A stretch of DNA of 64,000 bases from Klebsormidium nitens (taxonomy: Eukaryota > Plantae > Klebsormidiophyceae), in assembly GCA_000708835.1 (NCBI GenBank), contig DF236974.1, positions 174,626 through 238,625 on the forward strand, in the 5' to 3' direction. Under the pieces are notes generated by a model. The model saw only the letters and a list, made by a program, of their open reading frames with translations. It ran no database searches and was not told the origin of the DNA. The stretch's first letter is position 1, and each line of letters starts with the position of its first letter. Below are positions 36,539 through 47,000 of the stretch, one piece after another. The translations under genes were made by a program, and so were the position numbers.

Positions 36539-38530
36539 TTATAAGTGGTAAAAGAACCACCGTCCAGGCCATTGCCTCTCCTGCGAGCCTCCTACCTCAT
36601 CAATTTGCCTAAAGCCTTCTCCATAGCCACTCAGATCCTGGGCAGCAAGGATAGCCAAAACCTGAACCCTCTGTTCTCTGGTCAGGCACGGCCTTCTCTT
36701 TGTGATGCGAGGAAGGACGAGAGAGATGGCCGCCGAATCCGCACCTCTGAGAATCGGCGCGACGACCTGGCCGAACCTTGCCAGTCTGATATAATCATGG
36801 CCCTTCCCTATTGCTGCGCAATCGTACGCCTCGAAGGCAGCACCGAAAGCGTGACCAGCTTGCCATTTCCTACCTAGCAGGTCTGCCAGCTCACCGCTGT
36901 TGTCCGCAAATCCCACTGAATGAAGCGTAAAAAATTCCTTGCGTCCCATGAATCTTGCAAGCTCCGCTGCTACGAACGTGAAGAAATCGTCGGTGGACGC
37001 GAGGCTGATGATGCGTACTACCGACTCGGAAAGGGCGCATCTCTCAATAACTTCAAACAATTTGCTGGCACCGACAACTCCGGCAACATAAACCATTCTC
37101 CCAGCCCCTAGTGCTCTCAGCACTGCTTCCTTCTCGCTTGCCAAATCAGCCGCTGCTGCAAGGCAAGCCGTTGCCGTTACTGTTCCCATGCTGTAAGCGA
37201 GCACGGATGGGACAAGATCCGTCGCGCCATTCATCTCCTCGATCAAAACCTCCAAGAAATCCTGTACATGAAACGAAAAAGCCTATTACGTTGTGATGAG
37301 GATCTTTTGCAATATAAATCAATACACGACCTGACTTTTCTGTGATGATCATGATGCAATGGAAGCAGATATTCTCTGCCACGATCTTTGAGAATTGACG
37401 TTAGCCTCCAGCGGAAAGGTGAAGATTGAAAGCCCGCCAGAGGCAAATTGCATGTCTCTATCAACGTCGACGTGGGATTTCTTCATCATCATGTTAATTT
37501 GTACTGGAGTCTTGCATCGTGACTCACCTCTAGTTGCCTCCCCGCTACTGCCGCCCAATCCCACGTCCAATTTAGGTCTCCAGGCTGAACCCTGAAGCCT
37601 GTCGCATACAACGACACCATACAGACAGACTCCTCGTCGTCTTCCTCTCCTTCCGGCCACTGCAATCGGTGAAAATGGTTCGAATTTGGAGCCAATCATC
37701 GAAACAAATAAAATGAAGACCATGCTTAGCTTTGCACTGCTTGGAAGACTTTTTATTGCAAAGTGGCATAGTCTTTGGATTGACATCTGATCGCATTCAC
37801 GCTACTGCTGTTGATTTGTAGAAGTCTTGAATTCTACAAAGTCAATCAGACTTACCAGCCGATTGTTTGTGAAATAATGCAGAATCTTTCCAGTTGGCTG
37901 GGCGAACCTGATGAGAGTAAAGACATGGTCTAAGTATCACGAAATCATAATGCGTACACGAAAGAACTTCTTTGAAAGGTTGAGTTTTTGATATCTGACT
38001 GACTTCAGAAAGCAACTTGCATTGTCGTCAGGAAAAATGCAGAACCTTCTGCATCACAATGTAGATTACTTACCACTGTAAAGGGATCGCAAACTTATTT
38101 GGGAACAGGATCAGCTGTCTTACCCAGGACAAGCAATGTAGATCTTTCCATTACTGCGCTCCAGATCGGTCTTCAGTTCTTGAAGGAAAGCATCGTCTTC
38201 CTTCGTTTCAAGGAACAGAAGATTTCCCTCAGCGTCTACCTGCGACAAGAACATGAGGAAATGAACTGAGGGTCTGCACAAACTTGAGACTGACGCAGGA
38301 TACTCTTTAGCCAATCATTCGCTGGGAAAGCAAAGTATTAACGTCGAGACACAGTTGAGCTATAGATAGTATACAGTTTCGTGTCTGTAAGTAGTCCCTT
38401 GACCTTCTCTCTTGCAGCAAGGACATCTTACCCTCGTTCCCCAGTAGTTGACTCGGCCTTCATCCAATTCCCTCCAAAAAGTGCATTCAGACCCGACTAC
38501 GTAAACTTTCCTTCCTATCTGCTGCGCCAT
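36539..38530 (-). CDS. Alpha/beta hydrolase, DUF900-like, 6 exons, ~400 aa
   Basis: Exons 38432-38530, 38124-38239, 37856-37907, about 37706-37786, 37528-37659 and 36539-37261 join in frame. Motif order KIYIACPGF, then WP, then AGRQLEDFLEVL, VLAYSMG (nucleophile elbow), RMVYVAG, IISLASTDD (Asp) and GKGHDY (His) parallels the DUF900 order HGFN, SWPS, AHSMG, S..D, GHSY. The exon-4 donor is weak and its position uncertain. Confidence 0.65.
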
Positions 38531-40190
38531 CTGTTATCAAGGGTTTTATCAACGAGTGACGGAGTTAGGAAACTCGTTTCAGGAGGTTGAGAGCTTTTGC
38601 TGAAGGCGTCTCCCTGCAAGCATGTGTATACCAAGAAGGTAAGTATTCGAAACCCTGACTGCGAGAGATTTTGAATCAGAAGACGTCGTAAGCATGCAGC
38701 CTCCACGGTCGCAGATCAGAAGCTCCTGATGAAAGCGGATGTTATCGAGCGACTGGGCAAATCTCGATTCATACCGGGATTGATATCAAGTCAAAATGCA
38801 AGATGACTGTGAGCTCGCGCTCGTAGGATCCAGAATTACCGCAGGCAAGCATTCCCGCTATCTGGAAGCCTTGAGCAAGGTACGTACCGTTTTACTTAAC
38901 CGGGGGCCATCGTAGACCTACACGAACGGGCGAAGCAAGGTATTGCCATAAGCAACGGCCCACGCCATTCTTACAGATCTACGATGGCCCCCGGTTACGT
39001 AAAACGGTACGTACCTCGACCACATAGCAAGTTGCTTGCCTGCGAATGATTTGGTCCCCAGAAGCTCTGAGCAGTCCTCTTGCAGTTCGACCCTCAAAGA
39101 TATATCAAGATTTGCTGAGTTACTCGAAAACATCCAATCTCGTCGGGAGCTTCTGATCGGCAGTCACAGAGTTTACATGCTCAGAAATATTTTGACAAAG
39201 TCTCACAAACAGAATCTAGTAATTCACCTTCGTAGTATACACATGCTTGCAGGCACTAAGCGCCTTCAGCAAAATGTGGAAAGTCTGAGGCGCTCTCAAC
39301 TTCCTAAAATGAGCTTCCTAACTTTGCCAACAATAGATACACAAATAGCTGATGGCGCAGCAGATTAGAAGGGAAGTGTCCGATCAGGTCTGAGTGCATT
39401 TTCTGGAGGGAGTTGGATAGAGGCCGAGAACCTTCTGAAAAGTACGAGTAAGATATAATCGTTGATGCAACTAGAGGGAAGGATAAGGGACTGCTTACCG
39501 ACACGTAATTGTCTGTCGACAGCTTCGATTGTGATTTGAGCTATAATTCGAATGAAGTTGGCAGAAAACTGCCTGCGTCAGCCTCAAAATCGGCTCAAGA
39601 TTGCGCAAACCTTCACGTCGAATTCTCCTATTCTTGTGGCAGGTAGACGGTAAGAGTACTCTTCTGTTCTGGATACGGAAAGAGACGATGATCTTTTAGA
39701 TGGCCGGATGGACCCTGGATGAACAATCTAAAACGCAGGAAAGAACTTCTTTATCGTCGTTCCCGGGTAAGACAGTTGATACACTTCCGAAACAGTACTG
39801 ACGTCCTACGAGTGTAGTATTAATCTGAAGTTAGAATCAAGATCTGTTCTTTCGATTTCCCAAAAACTATTGCAAGTTGGTTAGTGAAAGGCAGTCAGAG
39901 ATCAACATCTCAACATCTGAAGATGTTTCGTCATGTACGCAACTCTGAGCTGGTCATTCGATGATGTATTCGAAGCCCATGTCCTTCCTCTCATCAGCTA
40001 GTTCTGGGTAAGATCCTCGGAAAGCTTTTACGTGCTTCGAATTCACGAACAAGAAGCTGGTAAGTCTAGTTGACTTTGCAAGTGTGGAGAACTTCAAGAT
40101 ACACGCAAGCAGTAGCGTGAATGCAATGAAATGTCACTGACCGACTAGATCATATTGCCACTTTGTAAATGTCTTCTTCCAAAGCGGTGT
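37740..40190. repeat. Large imperfect inverted repeat (~1.2-kb arms) centred near 38947
   Basis: Reverse complement of 37740-38919 aligns block by block with 38975-40190, e.g. GGCTGGTAAGTCT/AGCTGGTAAGTCT, CCTGGGTAAGACAG/CCCGGGTAAGACAG, GCAGGTAGACG in both arms, and GATGGCGCAGCAGAT in both arms. Confidence 0.9.
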
Positions 40191-40220
40191 AAACATATAG
40201 TGACTTCATCTTTGGCCGGA
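39352..40220 (+). pseudogene. Inverted, frameshifted and 3'-truncated copy of the alpha/beta hydrolase gene
   Basis: ATGGCGCAGCAGAT at 39352, frameshifted to TGA at 39391. Exon-2 homologue (39643-39765) reads VDGKSTLLFWIRKETMIF then stops. Splice sites are conserved and point outward. The catalytic exon is not recognisable. Confidence 0.7.
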
Positions 40221-40807
40221 CAAATTGTTTTTTGCTATCTTGGGGACCGGTCACGTGAAAATGCTTCCAGCTCTGGCGGCCATATTCGTATATTCATGTA
40301 TGCTCATGCAGTCGTTTGTTACAATGATCACGGTGCATGTCGACGAATCAATTCTAAGTTTGTGGCAAAACATCATGATGTATCATACACCGGTGTATCG
40401 GACCATATGGTGCGCATACATCTTTATAGTTGTTGAAGAAGCATGAGAACCAGACCCATCATCAATCCTAGATCTTAACACGATAGATCATGCAGACCCA
40501 CAAGTTATAGACATGGAAGAGTTTCGAGTAATTGACAGTAAGACCGTGTCTACTGAAACCTGGATGAGTTCCAATCTAGAGTCATGTGACCAGATATCCT
40601 GAAGAATGCATCAACGACATGGCGTACTGATGCAACGACTGTCTTTTTGTATTCTAGTGCGACGGCTGTCTACGTAAACTTGCCTTGTGGCTGGCTCGTA
40701 CTGTCTAGTTCGATAGCCATTTGATCGCGAAGCATTGACAGCCGACTTGACCCTTCATTCGATAGAGTAACTCGAGCAGATGAGAACATGCCACATGGAG
40801 GATGAAG

Positions 40808-42847
40808 TTAGTCTTTCAACCTTCGAACAGTTTGTGTTGCTTGACCTCCAATTTGTACGCTTCCATCGGGACCTTCTTTGGCAGCCTTTCGTTGCTGCCG
40901 GGCCGAGTGGACCAACCTGCACATTGAACCGAAACGTAGGTTCAATGGGCTTGTATAGCTGCCCTTGTCTAAGAAGGTGTCCGAAGGGGCCTGGCGGCCT
41001 TAGGGAAGGAGAAAGTCGAGTAGAGCATAAGCGCTGCCATTTCATTGATGAGAAGACCCAGATGTCTTCGTATCAGTTACGAGTGGCTTGAAGAATCAAC
41101 TTGGACTTTGTGCTTCATGAGAACAAGAAGAAAACTATACCAGGCCAAAAAGAACAAAAGAACTCGCACCCACCTTCTTTCAAACACTGGACAAAGTCCC
41201 TGAAGAGCAGTCGGGGCCAAATAGTACGGCGCTAAGTCCTTTGGTTCCCAAAGAAGCCCCACTCGGTCATACCAGGAGTGAAGGATTGGCTGCACTCTGA
41301 TCATGAACGAAGGACCGCCTTTCCTGCAAGGATCTAACAGGACCGTTCAGAATGGAAAACTGTGCCAAAAGGTAGCAGTTAATTTACAAGATTGAGCTAC
41401 TCCTTTCTTGTCGAGGACGACTGCGCATGAAGTCCATCCAGTGTCACACCACTCACCTCACATTCACCAGGGACGCTGCTTTCATGGACATGCCCCCCAT
41501 CCTCCACACAGTCTCCTGCAGATTCATGTTTCAGAGCATCACGAAATGCAAGTAGCAAGCTTCTGCCTAAAAAACGTGCTGTCCTTAGCCAAGCAGTTAC
41601 TGTCCTGTTTCGCACATGCAGATCAAATCATGCAGGCGACATGATGCAAAAGAAAACCTTCGAATACACTTTGTCGAGTTTCCAGCCAAATGGTCCCATC
41701 CAGTTGCGCGCATGTGGATTCAATCAGGCAGGCAATGTCACAGATTCAAAAGCACCTTTTGTAGATTCTTCGACACCAACAGCTACTACAAGTCTTTAGC
41801 AGAATCAAAAGATTCAATAGAACAATACACTGCGTCATACTTGACAGTGATACAGATGTGCAGTGCGACCTTGAATGAGCAGATGTTGGAGAGACCTTGC
41901 TTCACTTGCATGGACCTTACCTCAGACTCTTTCGTCGTAAAGAACAGCTGGCTCTTTGAATCAGACGCCAACCAACATGCTGAGCCCTGCATGCAGACAC
42001 GCCTATTGCAATCAATACAGAATTCTGGTAAACCGACTAAAGCATACAATGGCTTGACAAGGAGCTTCATTCTGCACGGGTGAGGGCAAGTCAAGTCAGC
42101 AGATAAGCATGCTGAGATGAAGCTGATGGACATCAAACTCTGCCCTTAAAGCATGATCCATTCTGAGTTGCTGATGATTCACTTACGCTAATGGCTGGGC
42201 ACCACAATCGAAGGCTAGCAGGATCCTGGGGATCCTTGTCCACTTGCAGTATGCTGTATTCATCAACAACCAACCTGCAATATGCAAACTGTGAGTATTC
42301 TAATCTTATTCACATTTCAAACGGAGAGCACTCGACAGATTTTAGAAGATGAGTGTCTACACAGATGCACAATCAGTAAAGGTGTGCCTTCTGCACCATT
42401 CATCCCTCTTTCATTGACATATGCAGCACAATGAACAAAATCAAGACTACAGCTCTTAAGAGAAATGCAGCTTACGTGTCTGGCCCATACACATGAAGCC
42501 AGTTCGTCCCGCCGATGAAGCTAACCCCGTACAATAGAGGGCTTCCCTGGCCATCCCGTCCAGCTCGAGCAAACAAGATAATGTTCTGCTTGTGCTGCAA
42601 GGAAAAGGGTTCCACATTGACTTGCCGACGCTGCTCACCCCCTCCAAAAATGCAAAGACAAGCTGCCCAGAGGTGACAGACCTCCGATTCCTTCAACCTG
42701 TCTGATTCAAAGGCAAGACAACCTTACAAGATTACAGATGACTCTAAACGCATGCCCTACCTGCAAGTCCCTTGTCAGTGCCGGCACCTTGATGGCATTA
42801 GTTGAACTGTCACTGTTACTACTATCGACGCTGACCTGGCCCCCCAT
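40808..42847 (-). CDS. Orphan 225-aa protein with N-myristoylation motif (MGGQVS), 7 exons
   Basis: Exons 42761-42847, 42476-42594, 42187-42274, 41921-41986, 41457-41515, 41174-41323 and 40808-40916 all have GT donors and GCAG acceptors. Phases 0,2,0,0,2,2 give one uninterrupted 678-nt frame ending in TAA. Confidence 0.75.
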
Positions 42848-43211
42848 CCTCCCCTTGACTCTTTGCTAGGCTGATAGCCTTACTCAGAATGCAACTCCAC
42901 AACAGAGAAGCCTTCCACTGCTGCACCAGACCTGTTGGCTTTGAACGCCCTGTCCGCCCTGTTCGCAAGTTCCTACCTACCTACAATTCAAGTTTGCTTT
43001 TGATCAATACTTTTTCTGATTCACACAAATCTGTCAACTTCACGCGTCACTTTATTAGCAATTGCAGCATAAGCCAGCATTGCAATTTGCCATATAAGCA
43101 TGCCGACAGCCTTCCAATCGCAAAGCAGGTTTTGGCCACCCTGGCTTGCTTTAAGGTCCACGTCAGACCAATCAAATGGGCCGATTCGCTAGTTGGAGCC
43201 TGGACTCTGAG

Positions 43212-43235
43212 ACTGGCCGGAGTACTCCGGCCAGT
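43212..43235. repeat. Perfect 24-bp palindrome
   Basis: ACTGGCCGGAGTACTCCGGCCAGT equals its own reverse complement. Confidence 0.9.
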
Positions 43236-43371
43236 TGACGAAGAAAGTTTGGGAGAATTTTGTTCGGACGGTACTGGGCGCACATTGGCTGCGGATGGTA
43301 CCAACCGTCACATCGCGTGCGGTACCCATCATATTGCCAAGCGCAGAAGCAGCCGGGCACTATGAGTGACC

Positions 43372-43509
43372 TTAGGGTTAGGTCACAAAGCAGTGATGGT
43401 ATGTTAGGGTTACGCCACTACCTGTGACGGTTTGTTAGGGTCGCGTCCCTTCCCTATGACTGCTCTCCGATTAGGGTTCCCACTAACGGCTAAGCCACTG
43501 ACCTTAGGG
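43372..43509 (+). promoter_or_regulatory. Cluster of five same-strand TTAGGGT (telo-box-like) motifs
   Basis: TTAGGG at 43372, 43404, 43435, 43471 and 43504, lying between the divergent starts at 42847 (-) and 44084 (+). Confidence 0.5.
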
Positions 43510-44083
43510 TTTTTGTGCGGTTTGGTGTCAGCCGAGCACTTTATCGGCGTCCGACAAAGGCGTCCGTGTCAAATTTCATTCGTCAACTTTGTGCCTCTTG
43601 CTGCAGTACTGGCAGTGGGCATCATCTTTCTCTGACTGCTCAGTTCCTGCATTGCCATAATTTCAGGCCTTTGACCAAGTGGATTCGGAAGACGACCAAA
43701 TGTAGATGCGACTTCGAGGCTCTAGCTTACCATTTTTACTACGGTAGATATGGGGTTGTGGGCGCAGTGGTCCGGCAGCCCAGACGGGCAACAAAGCAGC
43801 CACTTGAGTGCCCGGCCAACGACATCAAAGGCGCTTTCAAGATTGCTTGAGGAGACAATGCATACAAAGGGCTTTTGTTTGGTGGATGCTCTGGGTGTCC
43901 GACAGTCATGCCATGTGTCTTGGTCATCTTCTTCACTGACAGGCAGCTGTGGCGGGCGCTTGCATTTACTAAGCGAATCAATTCACAGCATGTTCGTGTC
44001 CAGTGGGCCTAGGGCAGACAGTGACTGGACTTTTTCGTCCTTCTTTTGCTGGCCTTGTCATCAAAGCTTTGCCACCAGGAAAA

Positions 44084-47000
44084 ACGCTGCCGCTCGTTCT
44101 TTGTACATTCCTGTCAGAAACTCTGCGGAGCCGGTGGACGTGGAGCTGGACAACTTGCCGGAGGATGACAGTGACATTCTGGAAGTTCCTTTAGGCAGAG
44201 CAGGCGCCACTCGACCTGTGGCTTGCAGTTGCGGTGCGTGGCGCCTTTCAAGTTCACTTCTGGATTCAAGAGGAGCATCTCGGTTGTATATGGCAGGGGG
44301 AAAAGGGGCTTTCCACTGCAATATTGTGGATTGACCTCCCATTTGGTTTCGAGTGCGATGCTTGTAGTAAGTCTTTTATCTTCCGAGATTGTTGCAGGTT
44401 TACTGTTGGTGGGAATGGAAGCTCAGCCTGGCAGCTTGCTCAGAACGGCATTAGAAAGCTTGACAATTTCCGTGAGCATGATGGCATGTGTTATATTGTC
44501 CTAAAGCACCTGTCTGTCATGTGTGTCATGTTTGTGAGCATCATGCCATGAAATGTCTAGCAGCCCGCGAAGCACTATGTGGGACTCATCAAAGAGACTT
44601 TTTGCCAATTGGAGTTCATTGATGAATTAGCAAGTTGACTGAAGTGACAGTGGTCACGATCAAACCCTTGAAACGGATGCACCATCATCTTCAGCGTTAC
44701 TTTCTGATGCAAGCGCTCCGCCATTGTCTGGTTACAGAGGGAGTACTACAAGCAGGTGAAAGACAGCCCAGTGCGTCCATACCCTTGAAGAAGATTCCAC
44801 AGAAGGTAAGTTCCCTCGCCACTGGACCACCTTTTTTGGGCAGTTCATTGTTTTCTGACCTTAGCAGACTCTCCCTGCAGTTGCTACTCCGTGAGCTGTC
44901 GCCACCCATCACAACTTGTGTAGACCCTCATATGTATCACCAAAGCACCCATTCGGGGTCTACTGCTCTAGCCCAACTTATTTTAAGGAGATGCTGCAGT
45001 CTCGCTTCTTGCAGCTCTTATGTTGACCTTTTAGTGTAGCCCCTGCATCAAAATGGCAGTGGTAGCACAATCAAAGCACAATCATAGCACAATCATAGTA
45101 GCACAATCGTAGCAACCACAAATTCAGGCAGGCAGGACTTCAAAGGCGATTTTGAGAGTAACGTACCTTCTCTTTTCCTCCTTTGTTTAACCATCTTTGA
45201 CCTACGCTTCTGCTGCAGTGGAGGACGAGTGGTACCAGGAGGTGATTCTTGAGCTGATTGTCATCCTGAACGCCCCAGCATACTACACGACGCAGGCCAA
45301 GACCTTGCAGAAGAACGAGTTTTGCAAAGTTTTCTACCAGCGCGCCACAGAGGTGTACAACAAGGAACAAGAATCAACCAGTTCAAGGTCACAACGTGGA
45401 TCGGCAAGGGTGAGCAGTTTGTTGGCGAATGGCTTGGAAATCAGATTATATTGCACCAATCACAGTAAGTCAGTTGTACTCGGTCAAGAGCTCAACATCT
45501 GTCCCTGGTCGTTACGTGATCGTTTGCTTGGTCAGAATGTATCGAATCTTGCTGCAAGGAAGGGTTGGTCGTTCTGCGGCTGTTTCTGACCATTCTATGA
45601 TCATGTCCAGTACAAAATTTTCGAACCTTTTTCAATGTACTACTTTGACGTCATTGTCCATTGTATCATCCACAGAGCTTCGTGCCTCACCTTGCCAGGC
45701 CAGATGCAGTTGTCCATGGGGGAGCTGAAAGAGTCCCTGGTCAGTTTCAAGAACGTTCTGGTGATGCAGAGCGACTGTGTGCCCGCTCTCCTGGGGATGG
45801 TGAGTCCTTCGATTCAAGCTCGCCTTACGATTTCTGATGTCTGGATATTGCGGTTGCATTGGAGGCAATTTGGCTGGCCAGGGGACTCGAGTACTACATC
45901 GTCAGACTCCACGTGGTTCCTGTTTAGGCGGCACAAACTGGGCAGCAAGAGGCCTTCTCAAGTTTTGAGAATCAGAGAAGCAAATGGCAAGGTGGATTGC
46001 TTTCTGTAGTACATCCGGCAGCCTTCTTCCATCTCCTGTTTCCAAGCATAGTAAGCGCCCGGGCTTTAGTTTCGGCAGTCCGCTTACTATGTTGGCAGTC
46101 AACACGTTGAGCAAACAGGAGAACGTGGGATTCCCGAACTTGATGCTGCAGACGAGTATCTTTCGAACACAGGAAGATGTGTTCTAAAGCATCCTATATT
46201 GCGCAGCTGTTAAGTTCAACCAGCAGAAGTGCAAAACGTTATCGCACTACAAGGTGAGGAAAAGCAACCCGTTTTGGCTCCATTGCCGTCACAGAGCGCC
46301 TTAGAGATGGTTCCATCTTGGTTGTTGAATAGCACAGCCGCCTGGCTGCTTCCGCCTTTGTCTCAGAAGCAGCGAGCGGCTCGTCGTGGCAAAGTACTTG
46401 CAATTTAGGACGGACAAAATTCTTTTCCTTCCGCGACTCAGCATCTCGAACATCCTTCCGTAGCATTTAGCGCATCAGGGCCTTTGGTTGCAACCCGCTA
46501 AAGCTGGCAGACGTGACCCTGGTTTCAGGTTCTTCTTGGTAACCCATCATCCGCAATGGAACGAAGCTGGTCCCGCAACAGTCGGCGACTCTCACTATCA
46601 TTGCCCTCGGCGTACTATGGCTCTGCATGGAGGGACGCGCCTGTGTGTGCTCTCTATTCCGTGCTTCTGTATCCCGCTGATGGCATCCTCCCTCGCCCCC
46701 CTTCTCTGCAGAGTTGCAGATCCAGGCGGGGATGCGCCTGGGCATGCCTGATGATGGCCGCCTTCCAGACGTAACCCCCACTCCTCAATGGCGCTGAGCC
46801 ACCTGCCGAACCATCACTTCTTCACCACCTCGTCGACCAGCTGATGGAGTGGGCCATCATGAGCAGTGACGTGGCGCAGCTACAAGAGCCAGAGCTTCTA
46901 CAATGTCGCGCGCTCGTACCACTACAAGGGCGAGTGGGACCGCGCACAGGCGCTGTACCGCGCGAGCATGAAGGCGGCCGCGGAGGACTACGTGCAGCCG

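Noticed and set aside
38057-38075. Possible 2-nt microexon (TTTACAG|TG|GTAAGT, minus strand) in hydrolase intron 2
   Set aside because: The exon 2 to exon 3 join is already in frame without it, and inclusion would shift the frame; probably a chance motif.
46855-46880. Copy 2 as a retrocopy
   Set aside because: About 19 other introns and the upstream flank are retained; only one intron is missing and it has terminal microhomology.
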